64,000 nucleotides of DNA, taken from NCBI GenBank assembly GCA_028715115.1, contig JAQUSN010000001.1, forward strand, positions 385,746 to 449,745. The letters are read 5' to 3'. Below the pieces are notes generated by a model. That model ran no database searches, was not told the DNA's origin, and was given only the letters and a program-made list of their open reading frames with translations. This document shows, piece after piece, positions 28,729 to 39,026 of the stretch. The position numbers and the translations under genes are program-made. The number at the start of each line of letters is the position of its first letter. The first letter of the stretch is position 1. The DNA is from Patescibacteria group bacterium (lineage in GTDB: Bacteria > Patescibacteriota > Patescibacteriia > UBA2591 > UBA4787).

Positions 28729-29628
28729 ATGAAGGTGGTTATCACCGGCGGCGCCGGATTTGTCGGAAAAAATTTAATCAGAGTTATGCTTAACAGCGGT
28801 TTTAGTCCGTCTGATTTATTTGTTATTGATAAAAATAAAACTAATTTAAATTTTGTTAAAAATTTGGGGGTTAAAACCATTTTGGCGGACTTGGCCGATC
28901 AAGGTGAATGGAGCAAGGGTTTTCACGGTCAAGATTTGGTGATAAGCTTACACGCCCAGATTTCCGGCCCTAATTATGAGGATTTTAAAAGAAACAACAT
29001 CGATGCTACGCAAAACGTTATTGAAGCAGCCAAATCGGCCGGTATTGATAAAATTGTTCATTTTAGTTCGGCGGCTGTATTGTCAATTCGCCAAGATTTT
29101 TACGCCACTTCCAAAAAAGCCGGCGAAGAGCTGGTGAAAAACAGCGGCTTAAAATACGTAGCTATTCAGCCGTCCCTAATGTATGGACCGCTAGATAATA
29201 AAAATATTGGTTGGTTAATCAAATTTGCCCGTTCTTGTCCCGTTTTTCCTATTCCCGGTAATGGTCGCTATCCGCGCCAGCCGATTTATATCGATGACAT
29301 GGCTCATTTAGTAATTGGATTTATAAAGAATTTTCCAATCGAAAATAAAGTTTACAGTATTAATGGTCAACAAATTATTAATTTTAAAGAAATGATCGCT
29401 ACGGTTTTGAAAGAAATGGGTGGTTGGCGAGCAGCGGTTTATATACCCTTACCTATCTTTTTATTTCTGGTGAAAATTTATGATATTTTATTTAAATCTC
29501 CGTTTACGCCCGATCAAATAAAATCTTTGACCTCTGGCGATGTTTTTCCAGATTATCCTTGGTGGCAGGAATTTAACATCAAAATGACATCATTTCGAGA
29601 TGGTGTTAAAACAATGTTGAGTAAATAA
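28729..29628 (+). CDS. NAD-dependent epimerase/dehydratase (SDR)
   Basis: TGGAGFVG and YATSK motifs. Confidence 0.88.
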   Translation: MKVVITGGAGFVGKNLIRVMLNSGFSPSDLFVIDKNKTNLNFVKNLGVKTILADLADQGEWSKGFHGQDLVISLHAQISGPNYEDFKRNNIDATQNVIEAAKSAGIDKIVHFSSAAVLSIRQDFYATSKKAGEELVKNSGLKYVAIQPSLMYGPLDNKNIGWLIKFARSCPVFPIPGNGRYPRQPIYIDDMAHLVIGFIKNFPIENKVYSINGQQIINFKEMIATVLKEMGGWRAAVYIPLPIFLFLVKIYDILFKSPFTPDQIKSLTSGDVFPDYPWWQEFNIKMTSFRDGVKTMLSK

Positions 29629-29637
29629 ACAGAGGGA

Positions 29638-29665
29638 TTGACTTTTGGCTATTTTTTGCTATAAT
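29638..29665 (+). promoter_or_regulatory. Sigma70-type promoter
   Basis: TTGACT-N16-TATAAT with TGn. Confidence 0.72.
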
Positions 29666-29700
29666 ATTAAATATAATTAAATAAATTAAATTTTATTAAT

Positions 29701-31137
29701 ATGGGACCAGAAAAATTACAAGAAATTAAAAAACCCGATCTTTCAATTAGTCGGGGATTCAGGACTGTTGACGAAGAGGTCGCTGCCCTAAATGAATTCT
29801 TCAGCGGTAAGGCGGTTGATTTTTATGCTCGTTATGGAAATGCCGGCCTTAAAGCAAAAGAAGAAGAAATGGCCGAGCGCTTGGGAACGGATAATGTTTT
29901 GTTATATAATAGCGGAATGTCGGCTATTACTTCGGTTATTGAAAATTTAAAGCTAGCCAGTGGTGACGTTATTTTATATAGCCCTTACGTTTATGGCCAA
30001 ACAAAAACCTATATCGAAAGTTTACGTGACTTGGGTATTCGTTGTATCTCTATTGATCCCGGTAATCGCGAAGAACTCGATGAGTTAATTAAAGAGCATC
30101 GTCCACGGGCGGTTTTCGCCGAAACTATGGCTAATGATCCTGAGATGCAAGCCCTCGACACTCAGGCGCTGATTGCTACGGCCGAGGAAATGAATAATAA
30201 ATTTAAGCCCCAGACATTTGACGAGGCTTTGGCTGATCGCTTAGCTAAGACGGCCTGGATAGATGGCTGGTTAGATATGGTAGCACCCGACCATGATAAA
30301 AGAGAATCACTTTTAAAGGCTTTGGTTGGGTTCTTCAAAGAAGCACAGGAAAAAATTGCACAGAATAAATCAGTAATGGGTATCAAAGGCTTAGTCGATA
30401 ATTTAAAAAAGGCCGGAATAGGCGTTGATAAATATGACTTATCTCAATTAGTAATGATTATCCAGCGCTCCTGGGATTCTTCAAGACAAAAACCGTTAAC
30501 TTTAATTCTCGATAATACCATTCCCACCGAGAGCGTTAAGGACATGGGAGCCGAGATAAAAAAGGCGCCTAAAAACGTACCAATTATCGTTGTTGACTCT
30601 GGAACGAAATTTATGGCGCAGGATCAGGCAACCTTAGGTATTGTTTATTCTAATGATTCCAAAATAATGCAAGAATTAGAAACCTGGAGAGCCGTAGACG
30701 GGGGATATATACCTCCATCTGCCGTTGAACAAATACCTAATTTAAGTAAAGAAGAGTTTGATAAACGCAATCGCCGTATTATTGCCAATGCCAAGAGGTT
30801 GGCTGAGGCGTTTGCTTCGGTGGTTGGTCATGGTGATATAGCTGTCGTTAGCCACCCGAATCTGCCCGGTCATCGCAGTTATGATTATGTTAATCAACAT
30901 ATGCCAGATGGTTCTGTGGCGGTTTTTTATATTGAATGCGCCAAACCGGCCATTGAAGTGTGCCGTAAATTAGAGAAAATGGGCATGGTTGATAAGATAG
31001 AATACGGCGGTAGCTTTGCTTTCGAGAAAACTCGCTTTGGAATTTTTAATCCCGACGGCACTAGTTTAAGAATTGCAGCTGGTGATGAATCGCCGGATAA
31101 AATAGAAGAAATTTGCAAAATCATCGAATCGTTATAA
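29701..31137 (+). CDS. PLP-dependent Cys/Met-metabolism (cystathionine gamma-synthase/lyase-like) enzyme with a large insertion
   Basis: YARYGN, NSGMSAI, LDNT, SGTKF (PLP Lys), HPNLPGH and LRIAAGDE motifs. Confidence 0.82.
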   Translation: MGPEKLQEIKKPDLSISRGFRTVDEEVAALNEFFSGKAVDFYARYGNAGLKAKEEEMAERLGTDNVLLYNSGMSAITSVIENLKLASGDVILYSPYVYGQTKTYIESLRDLGIRCISIDPGNREELDELIKEHRPRAVFAETMANDPEMQALDTQALIATAEEMNNKFKPQTFDEALADRLAKTAWIDGWLDMVAPDHDKRESLLKALVGFFKEAQEKIAQNKSVMGIKGLVDNLKKAGIGVDKYDLSQLVMIIQRSWDSSRQKPLTLILDNTIPTESVKDMGAEIKKAPKNVPIIVVDSGTKFMAQDQATLGIVYSNDSKIMQELETWRAVDGGYIPPSAVEQIPNLSKEEFDKRNRRIIANAKRLAEAFASVVGHGDIAVVSHPNLPGHRSYDYVNQHMPDGSVAVFYIECAKPAIEVCRKLEKMGMVDKIEYGGSFAFEKTRFGIFNPDGTSLRIAAGDESPDKIEEICKIIESL

Positions 31138-31156
31138 TAATCATCATATGAATTTA

Positions 31157-31191
31157 ATATAAAGCAGGTGAATTTTGCACCTGCTTTATAT
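31157..31191. terminator. Hairpin between the PLP gene and the methyltransferase array
   Basis: ATATAAAGCAGGTG-N7-CACCTGCTTTATAT. Confidence 0.65.
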
Positions 31192-31215
31192 ATTTTAAAA
31201 AATAAATTTGATTTT

Positions 31216-32130
31216 ATGTCGAAGAAAACATTTATCACGCAAAAACAATATTGGACTAAAGTGGCAGCTGATTGGCAATTAAAGGGTGATCCATCTAGAC
31301 CGAGCCGTGATACGGTAAGGTTATATAACAAATTTATGGCAGAGGCCCTGGGAACGTCGCTAGGGAAAAAAGTGGTGGTAATGGGAGCAACGCCTGAAAT
31401 TAGGGATATGCTTTATAAATATTATTTTTTAAATAGAATTAAAGTGGTTTGTGCAGAGTGGCTCCCAGAAATGTATTATGGTATGACCGAACTTGTTAAT
31501 CATAAAATTCCCGGGGAAAAATTCGTTAAAACAAATTGGCTTAAAATGGGATTTCCCAATAAAAGTATTGATGTATTTATTGCCGATTTGATTTTTGGCA
31601 ATATTATTGACTTACCGAGTAAGGATTTATTGTTAAGTAAAATGAATCAAAAACTTAAAAAGGGCGGTTATTTCATCCTTCGCCATTGTTATGTCGTTCC
31701 AAAAAACAAAGTAGTTAATGTCAAAAAACATCTTTTTAATATATCAAAAGACGTTTTGACAGAAAAAAGAACCATAAAACAGGTGGCAACTAGCTTTTGG
31801 ACCGACCTAGTAATCGGTTCATGGTTTGAAAATAAAGAGAATAAGCTTTCTCTTTATTATTATAAAAAAGATATTCAAGATCTAAAAAAATATTTTTCTC
31901 GCAAAGGGTTATCCTATCAAGCCAGAGCGGCAAAATTAGTCTTCGATTATTTTCTGTTTTTGGCAAAAGATCATATTGCTAGAAAATTTTGGGTTCATTA
32001 TCCCAGGCCAATAGAAGAAAAATTAATTAAAAAATATTTTGTCATAAAAAAAACATCATTTCCCCAAGATTATGAGGCTAAAATAAGCGAACCGATTTAT
32101 TTATTACAAAAAAGAGAATTAAAAAAATAG
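31216..32130 (+). CDS. Class I SAM-dependent methyltransferase, array copy 1
   Basis: PSRPS, VMGATPEIRD, NWL and LKKGGYF motifs. ATG at 31216. Confidence 0.8.
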   Translation: MSKKTFITQKQYWTKVAADWQLKGDPSRPSRDTVRLYNKFMAEALGTSLGKKVVVMGATPEIRDMLYKYYFLNRIKVVCAEWLPEMYYGMTELVNHKIPGEKFVKTNWLKMGFPNKSIDVFIADLIFGNIIDLPSKDLLLSKMNQKLKKGGYFILRHCYVVPKNKVVNVKKHLFNISKDVLTEKRTIKQVATSFWTDLVIGSWFENKENKLSLYYYKKDIQDLKKYFSRKGLSYQARAAKLVFDYFLFLAKDHIARKFWVHYPRPIEEKLIKKYFVIKKTSFPQDYEAKISEPIYLLQKRELKK

Positions 32131-32134
32131 GTAT

Positions 32135-33031
32135 ATGTCGAAAAAGCAATATAATCCTATTTGGGAAAGGCAGCGAGCCGATTGGTGGGCTTATTTTTGG
32201 GGCGGTGCGAAAGCTCCCTGGCGGCCGACCAAAAAAGAGGTTTTATTTTTTAAGAATTTTATAAAAAGATTATTAAAGGAAAGAGAGCGTCTTGAAATTT
32301 TAATTTTAGGCTCGACCCCAGAGTTTAGGGATATGCTTTTTGGGATGCGTGGGGTAAAGGTAACCCTGATTGATTTAAATTTAACTGCCAAAAAGGGTAT
32401 GGATAAATTATGCCGGGCTAGCAATAAAAGAGAGAAGTTGGTAATGGGCGATTGGCTCAAAATGAATCATTTATTTCCGTTTCATTATTTCGATGTCATC
32501 GTAAACGATGAGGGGTTTGAAAATATTGACGTTAAAAAACATACCTTATTATTTAAAAATATTCATGATATTTTAAAAAGAGATGGATATTTTCTTTCCG
32601 GCCGAGCTTGTCTAGAGCCGCTTCGTAAAACACGCATAACCTTTAAACAATTTTTTGCTAAATATAAAAAAGATCCGCATTTTTTCCATAATTTTTATAA
32701 CCGTCTGTGGTACTTATATCGACTTATTTTTTCTCCTGAAATACGAGTTTATGATTACAAAAAACAAGGCGGAAAACTGGGTCGTTTAGCCACAGAAGTG
32801 GTTAAAAAAGCCGCTCAGGAAAAAATTTATGATATTAAATATTTAAATTGGGATCATCGGATAGATTATCGCGACCCCTCTATTCGGAATTATATGGAAG
32901 TTGATATTTGCAGTTGGAAGAGATTAAAAAAAATGATTACCAAATATTTCATAATTCAAGAAACTTATCAAGATTTATTTCATCCGGTTATGAAGCAAAA
33001 GTATAATTTTATTTTGAGCCCCAAAAATTAA
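32135..33031 (+). CDS. Class I SAM-dependent methyltransferase, array copy 2
   Basis: PWRPT, ILGSTPEFRD, GDWL, FDVIVND and LKRDGYF motifs. Confidence 0.82.
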   Translation: MSKKQYNPIWERQRADWWAYFWGGAKAPWRPTKKEVLFFKNFIKRLLKERERLEILILGSTPEFRDMLFGMRGVKVTLIDLNLTAKKGMDKLCRASNKREKLVMGDWLKMNHLFPFHYFDVIVNDEGFENIDVKKHTLLFKNIHDILKRDGYFLSGRACLEPLRKTRITFKQFFAKYKKDPHFFHNFYNRLWYLYRLIFSPEIRVYDYKKQGGKLGRLATEVVKKAAQEKIYDIKYLNWDHRIDYRDPSIRNYMEVDICSWKRLKKMITKYFIIQETYQDLFHPVMKQKYNFILSPKN

Positions 33032-33036
33032 TCTTT

Positions 33037-33909
33037 ATGAAGAAAAGGATTATTAAACCAGAGCCAAAAGGATGGCAAAAAATTCAGCAAGCTTGGCAAA
33101 AAATGACCTCTCCCTCCAGGCCATCATTAGGCGATATGAAGATTTATAATGATTTCATGGCCGCGGTTCTTAATAAATGCGCCCATGGTAGGGTTTTGAT
33201 ATTAGGCGCTACTCCGGAATTGAGGAATTTGGTTATGAAACGAGCCTTATCTCGGAGAATAGACCTTTATTTATTAGATTTAAATCAGGACATGATCCGC
33301 GCGATGGACCAATTTATAGAGATAAAAAATGTAGTCCAGAAAAAAATAATAGGGGGTTGGCTAAGCATGCCGTTTAAAAATGAATATTTTGACGTGGTGT
33401 TGGGCGATGAGGTTCTAATTAACGTTGACCAAGAAGATAGAGAAAAATTATTATTAGAAATATCTCGCGTTTTAAAGAAGCGAGGAGCCTTTATTACTAG
33501 GGCTTCTCACGTAAATCCGCAAGCCCGAACATTTACGGTCCGTAAATCGTTTGACAAATATACTAATCTTTATTTACAAAACAAATTAACCTTTAATCAG
33601 GTTTTGAATTACCTATTTGAAGAAATGTTTGAGCTAAGTTATTTTAAAAATAAAAAAAAGTTTTTGTTAATTAAAACATTATTGCCAGAATGCCTGAAAG
33701 AGGCGAGATCGTCCAAACCATTGAAAAAATTTATTATTAATTCGTTCATCCGAGAATATAAGGCCTTATTTAATCAATGCTGGTCGTGGGAGTTAAAATC
33801 AGCGCAAATCAAAAGATTTAAAAAGTATTTTTTGATTAAAAAAATTAAATCGGCAAATGATTATTGGTATGCCCATATTTTGCCGATTTATTTATTAATT
33901 AAAAATTAA
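33037..33909 (+). CDS. Class I SAM-dependent methyltransferase, array copy 3
   Basis: PSRPS, ILGATPELRN, FDVVLGD and RVLKKRGAF motifs. Confidence 0.84.
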   Translation: MKKRIIKPEPKGWQKIQQAWQKMTSPSRPSLGDMKIYNDFMAAVLNKCAHGRVLILGATPELRNLVMKRALSRRIDLYLLDLNQDMIRAMDQFIEIKNVVQKKIIGGWLSMPFKNEYFDVVLGDEVLINVDQEDREKLLLEISRVLKKRGAFITRASHVNPQARTFTVRKSFDKYTNLYLQNKLTFNQVLNYLFEEMFELSYFKNKKKFLLIKTLLPECLKEARSSKPLKKFIINSFIREYKALFNQCWSWELKSAQIKRFKKYFLIKKIKSANDYWYAHILPIYLLIKN

Positions 33910-33913
33910 CTTT

Positions 33914-34759
33914 ATGGAAAATAAAAGAATAGAAATGAAAAGCAGCTGGAAGACAATGGCCCATTTATGGGCTAGCTATGCGCCGCCGGCTAAACCTTCG
34001 CCAATAGAGATTAATTTTTTCGAACAATATCTTAAAAAGATGCTTAAAAAAAACAAAAGCCTTAAGGCGCTGGTCTTAGGCTCTACGCCGGAATTTCGCG
34101 ATTTGTTAGCTAAATACAAAGTAGACACGACTGTAGTCGACAATAATCCGATTTATATTAAGGCCATGGCGCAATTGACAAAACGACACAATCCCAAAGA
34201 AAGGACCATTATTTCTGATTGGTTGACGATGTCATTTAAGCCCAATACCTTTGATCTTGTTTTAAGTGATTCAGCCCAAGATAACATTAAATTCAGCGAA
34301 TTTTTTAAATTATTAAATTTATTGTATAAAATTTTAAAACCAACTGGTTGTTGGTTTTTTGGGGCGATTTGCGGTCGCAAAGACGCTCAGATAAGTTTTA
34401 CTAAATACGTCGATCTTTATCGGGAAACCCCCGGTCATTTTAGAGATTTTAGAAATAAAACTTATCGTTATTTTCAGCTTTGTTTTAATCGAGAATTTTA
34501 TAATACTAAAACTAAGAAATTCAATTTTAAGATTGTTGACACAAAGGTGACAAACTTAGTGGCCAAGAAAAAATTGTCTCCGTCAGCTTTAAAATATTTG
34601 TGTTTTAATTTGGGGGATTACCGACAGACAACGCTGACGCAAAATGTGTTTGAAAAGATATTGACTAAGAATTTTAAAATTTTAGCGACCAAGAGAGATA
34701 ATAGTCATATTGTAATGAAAAATAAATGGGCGGCAATTTTAGGGTCTAAGAAATCATAA
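33914..34759 (+). CDS. Class I SAM-dependent methyltransferase, array copy 4
   Basis: PAKPS, VLGSTPEFRD, SDWL, FDLVLSD and LKPTG motifs. Confidence 0.84.
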   Translation: MENKRIEMKSSWKTMAHLWASYAPPAKPSPIEINFFEQYLKKMLKKNKSLKALVLGSTPEFRDLLAKYKVDTTVVDNNPIYIKAMAQLTKRHNPKERTIISDWLTMSFKPNTFDLVLSDSAQDNIKFSEFFKLLNLLYKILKPTGCWFFGAICGRKDAQISFTKYVDLYRETPGHFRDFRNKTYRYFQLCFNREFYNTKTKKFNFKIVDTKVTNLVAKKKLSPSALKYLCFNLGDYRQTTLTQNVFEKILTKNFKILATKRDNSHIVMKNKWAAILGSKKS

Positions 34760-34763
34760 TTAT

Positions 34764-35588
34764 ATGGCAAAAATAAAAGAATTACCTTGGAACGAGCAAT
34801 TTGCGATTGCTTGGGCAAAAATGGCACCACCTGCTCGTCCCAGTCAAACCGAACAGAGATTTTACGAAAAGATAATCAAACAAGTCATAAAGGATAATAA
34901 AAATCCCAGAATTTTGATTTTAGGTTCAACTCCAGAATTCAGAGATATTCTACTTAGAAATAAAGTTAAACCAATCTGCTGCGATATTAATCGGGACGTT
35001 TTTAAATCGCTGACTAGAATTATGCGTCGGCGAGGCGTTGAAACCTTTATCTTGTCCGATTGGATTAAGCTTAAAACAAAAGCTAGGTTTGATTTAGTTT
35101 TGGGCCATCAGGTTATTAATATGCTTTCGCCGGTTAAGCAGGCTGTCTTTTTCAAACAGATTTATCGGCACCTTAAACCAGGCGGACTATTCATTACTTC
35201 TGTGGTAATTAGAGCGAACGACCGAGCTATTTCTCTATTAAGTGGCTTTAAGCGTTATCGTAAGTTTAAAACAATTAATATTCGTGACGCTTTTTCGACT
35301 ATTCATCCCGACCTGCTTCTGGCGATTAGCGGGCATACTGGCACTTATTCGCCCACGCAATGCTTGAAAATTGTAGATCAACTTTATCGAGGGAGCGAAA
35401 TTAGTAAAAAAGAGCGGGATATCTATTTTAAAATTATGCCGTCAAATGATTTGAAGGTTTATATACCAAATCAAAAATCTATTGAGGCATTAATAAAAAA
35501 ATATCTTAAAATTTTGCTGATTTACCACTATCCGACTAAATATTATAATTCAAAACATTGGCCGGTCTATTTATTAAGAAAAAGATAA
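34764..35588 (+). CDS. Class I SAM-dependent methyltransferase, array copy 5
   Basis: PARPS, ILGSTPEFRD, FDLVLG and HLKPGGLF motifs. Confidence 0.84.
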   Translation: MAKIKELPWNEQFAIAWAKMAPPARPSQTEQRFYEKIIKQVIKDNKNPRILILGSTPEFRDILLRNKVKPICCDINRDVFKSLTRIMRRRGVETFILSDWIKLKTKARFDLVLGHQVINMLSPVKQAVFFKQIYRHLKPGGLFITSVVIRANDRAISLLSGFKRYRKFKTINIRDAFSTIHPDLLLAISGHTGTYSPTQCLKIVDQLYRGSEISKKERDIYFKIMPSNDLKVYIPNQKSIEALIKKYLKILLIYHYPTKYYNSKHWPVYLLRKR

Positions 35589-35591
35589 TTT

Positions 35592-36434
35592 ATGAGAATT
35601 TTAACTCACTTACAAGGGTTTTTAAGGCTACAATGGGCAAAACAACGTCCGCCGCTTATTCCTTCTGTTGATGAATGTAAAATTATTAAAAATTTCATCA
35701 AAAAGGAAGTATATAATTCCAATAAAATATTAAAGATTCTTATCTTGGGTTCAACTCCGCGATTTAGAGATTTAGCCCACTCTTTTAAGAGCGAAGTAAC
35801 TTGCGCTGATATGAATATAGACATGTTGCCAGCCATGGCTGCCTTAATGACCAATCCCCGGGCGGCCGAGAAAGAGGTTTGGGTTCGTGCCAATTGGCTA
35901 CAAATGCCGCTTCGGAATAACTATTATGATATAGTCTTGGGCGATTGGGTTATTAGTAATTTACCATTAAAATTGCAATCAGTATTTTTTAAGAAAATTT
36001 CTTTGCTTATAAGGTCGGGCGGCCATTTTATCACTCGAGCATCATTATATTCGGGCGATTTAGTGCCATTCGAAAAAGCTTTGAAATTATGGTTATCTGG
36101 CAAATGGGACAATTCGCATTTAATGATGTCAGCAGCTCATCTGGACTTTAATCCACACACCTATCAGTCGCACAGTGCAAGGTTTAGAGTTAAGGGAGCT
36201 CAGGCGATTAGTAAGTTAATGTGGCAGGAAAAGAATAAACAAAATAAATCCAAATTAAAGCAAGCTATTAAAGTCCTGAAAGAATGGTTGCCAACTGGAA
36301 TGACCTGGATTTATACTCCTAAAAATGTTTTAGAATTAATAATTGAAAAATATTTTCAAATTAAAAAAATTGATTATGCCCGAGATCATTATTTAGCCCA
36401 AGCTTGCCCGATCTATTTTTTAAGAAAAAGATAA
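35592..36434 (+). CDS. Class I SAM-dependent methyltransferase, array copy 6
   Basis: ILGSTPRFRD, NWL, YDIVLGD and SGGHFITR motifs. Confidence 0.84.
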   Translation: MRILTHLQGFLRLQWAKQRPPLIPSVDECKIIKNFIKKEVYNSNKILKILILGSTPRFRDLAHSFKSEVTCADMNIDMLPAMAALMTNPRAAEKEVWVRANWLQMPLRNNYYDIVLGDWVISNLPLKLQSVFFKKISLLIRSGGHFITRASLYSGDLVPFEKALKLWLSGKWDNSHLMMSAAHLDFNPHTYQSHSARFRVKGAQAISKLMWQEKNKQNKSKLKQAIKVLKEWLPTGMTWIYTPKNVLELIIEKYFQIKKIDYARDHYLAQACPIYFLRKR

Positions 36435-36444
36435 TTAAAATACT

Positions 36445-37269
36445 ATGGCAAAAACCAAAAAGGTGATTAACAAAAAACCATTTCAAGCCTTTGCGGCGCG
36501 TTGGGCGAAAACTTTGCCGCCGGCTCGGCCAGCCAAGGAAGATATAATGGCTTATCGGAAATTATTTAATCAATATAAGAGTAAAACCGGCAAAACCAAA
36601 TTATTAATTTTGGGAGCCACTCCAGAATTACGAGATTTAGCGGCCAGTCTTAAATTTGACGTAACTGTTGCTGATTTTAACATTGAAATGATTAAGGCTT
36701 TAACGCCATTGCGTAAAACGAAAAGCAAAGAAAAATTTGTTATTAGTTGGTGGCAGAAGATTCCAGTTAAAGATCATTATGATATTATTACGGGCGATGT
36801 AGCGGTAAACATGCTCGATAAAAAAGATATCCCCGTGCTATTAAAAAGAATCAAGGATCTGTTGGTGCCTGGCGGATATTTTATTCATCGCGATGCAGTT
36901 TATAATCCCGAGAAGAAATTAAAGGCTAGATGGATTATCAATGCTTGGCGAAATAAAAAGATAGACATCGGAGACTTTCGTTGGTTAATTGAAATGCATT
37001 CAGAATTTAAGTCTTATGATGTTAAAACCGGCGTGGATAGCAAAACGGTGCTTTATAATAATATTCATAAGATGTGCGAACAAGGGTTATTAACCAAAAA
37101 AGAGCTAGATAAATTCGGCGTGTTTAATGATAATGTTAGAATTACGATTTTAACCAAATCAGGTTGGCATAAATTATATTCCAAATTTTTTAGGCCAATT
37201 AAATGCGCCTGCCCTGGAGGTCATATGTTTTGCGCTGATTTGCCAATTTGCGTTTATAAAAATAAATAA
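36445..37269 (+). CDS. Class I SAM-dependent methyltransferase, array copy 7
   Basis: PARPA, ILGATPELRD, YDIITGD and LVPGGYF motifs. Confidence 0.84.
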   Translation: MAKTKKVINKKPFQAFAARWAKTLPPARPAKEDIMAYRKLFNQYKSKTGKTKLLILGATPELRDLAASLKFDVTVADFNIEMIKALTPLRKTKSKEKFVISWWQKIPVKDHYDIITGDVAVNMLDKKDIPVLLKRIKDLLVPGGYFIHRDAVYNPEKKLKARWIINAWRNKKIDIGDFRWLIEMHSEFKSYDVKTGVDSKTVLYNNIHKMCEQGLLTKKELDKFGVFNDNVRITILTKSGWHKLYSKFFRPIKCACPGGHMFCADLPICVYKNK

Positions 37270-37270
37270 T

Positions 37271-38176
37271 ATGAAAAAAAATTATATTCGTCAAAAACCA
37301 AAAAACATTAAAGTCTGGAGTAAAATAGCCTGCGGCTATTCTAAGTTAGTCGTTCCCAACCGTCCCAGCGACCATGATTGCGCTAATTATGCTCATTATA
37401 TCTATAAAATTTTGAAGGATGTAAATAATCCTAAAATTATGCTGATGGGCTCAACGCCAGAACTGCGTAGCATTTTATATACTTATACTTTTAAGAAAAA
37501 GGCACAAATTTTTACGGTTGATTTATCGGCGGATATGCATCAAGCGATGAGAGAATTCGTTGTGCCGGCCACTAAGCCCGAATTAAAAGAAGAGTTTTTT
37601 TGCGGTTCTTGGTTAAAAACAAATTTTCCTGATAACTTTTTTGATCTAGTTGTAGGCGATGAAGTGATTTGCAATGTTTGCGCCGATCAACATCAAAATT
37701 TATTTGCCGAAATCAACCGCATTTTAAAAAATGGCGGCCATTGGGTAACGCGACATAATTTTTATCTGGCAGAAAATGTCAAACAATCTCCCAAAAGCAT
37801 AATTTTAAATATCGTGGATAATATTAATGACGGAAAATACACTTTTCAATACAGTATAAACATTCTTTATTTACTTTTATTTTATCGTTTAGTTATCGAT
37901 CAAGCTCAACATTGTGTCAATGTAAGTGATGAAATTAAAGTAATCAAAAAAATATTACCAAACATTTCAAATATTAAGCAGCGTCAAACACTGAAGGAAT
38001 TATTAAGAGTATTTGAAAAATACTTCGGAAGCTATAAAAATTATTATTGGTATGTTTTGTCGAAACAGGAAAGCTTAAAAGAATTGAAGGATTATTTTCA
38101 ATTTAAAGGAGAGTTATATGCGAAAGATTATCTGACGGTTCGTCATTCACCAATTTGGTTATTAAAGAAAAAATAA
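37271..38176 (+). CDS. Class I SAM-dependent methyltransferase, array copy 8
   Basis: PNRPS, LMGSTPELRS, FDLVVGD and RILKNGG motifs. Confidence 0.84.
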   Translation: MKKNYIRQKPKNIKVWSKIACGYSKLVVPNRPSDHDCANYAHYIYKILKDVNNPKIMLMGSTPELRSILYTYTFKKKAQIFTVDLSADMHQAMREFVVPATKPELKEEFFCGSWLKTNFPDNFFDLVVGDEVICNVCADQHQNLFAEINRILKNGGHWVTRHNFYLAENVKQSPKSIILNIVDNINDGKYTFQYSINILYLLLFYRLVIDQAQHCVNVSDEIKVIKKILPNISNIKQRQTLKELLRVFEKYFGSYKNYYWYVLSKQESLKELKDYFQFKGELYAKDYLTVRHSPIWLLKKK

Positions 38177-38192
38177 TTTGTTAAATATTATT

Positions 38193-39026
38193 ATGAAAAA
38201 AACAAATTCAATTTCTTGGCATACTAGTGTTGCTGAACGTTGGAAAATTTATGATTCACCGGCACGGCCATCGAAAGGCGAGTGTCAGATAATTCAGGAA
38301 TTTATCAATAGTCATAAAAAAAATCCAAAAATCTTAATCTTAGGTTCTACGCCTGAATTTAGAGATTTGGCGCACAATCTTCGAGCTGAAATAACTTGCG
38401 TAGATGCTAGTTTAGAAATGTTAATAGGCATGTCGGAATTAATGAAACATAAGAATCTAGTTAATCAAGAAATTTGGTTCAGATCCAATTGGTTAACCAT
38501 GCCCGTAACAGAAAATTATTACGATTTTGTCCTGGGCGATCTGGTGGTGACCAATTTACCCTTGCAGCTTCAGCCGGTTTTTTTGAAAAAGATTAAGAGT
38601 ATTTTGAAACCCGGCGGATATTTTATTACCCGCGACTGGTGGCCACCTATCGTAAAGTCGTCTCTTGAATCTGCCATTGACAGATTAAGTAAGCGAGGTA
38701 TTAACAAAAAAAGTATTAATATTTTGACCTGGGATTTATTAAATTTGTCCTACAATTATCAGAAAAAAATTGCTACGACCGACGAAATGTATCGCCTAGT
38801 TAAGGATTTAAGGCAGAAGGGAAAAGATCAAAAAAAGAAAAAATGGCTATCGACATTAATGAAACATGTCGTTTATAACTATCCATTGGGCAAAACCTGG
38901 TTTGTTAAGATGAGACCGGAAGCCGAAAAAACTTTTAGTAAATATTTTCAAATTAAATCGGTTCAGTGTACTAAAGATCATTGTCGAGCCGATCAATGCC
39001 CGATATATTTTCTTAAAAAATCATGA
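38193..39026 (+). CDS. Class I SAM-dependent methyltransferase, array copy 9
   Basis: PARPS, ILGSTPEFRD, YDFVLGD and LKPGGYFITR motifs. ATG at 38193. Confidence 0.85.
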   Translation: MKKTNSISWHTSVAERWKIYDSPARPSKGECQIIQEFINSHKKNPKILILGSTPEFRDLAHNLRAEITCVDASLEMLIGMSELMKHKNLVNQEIWFRSNWLTMPVTENYYDFVLGDLVVTNLPLQLQPVFLKKIKSILKPGGYFITRDWWPPIVKSSLESAIDRLSKRGINKKSINILTWDLLNLSYNYQKKIATTDEMYRLVKDLRQKGKDQKKKKWLSTLMKHVVYNYPLGKTWFVKMRPEAEKTFSKYFQIKSVQCTKDHCRADQCPIYFLKKS

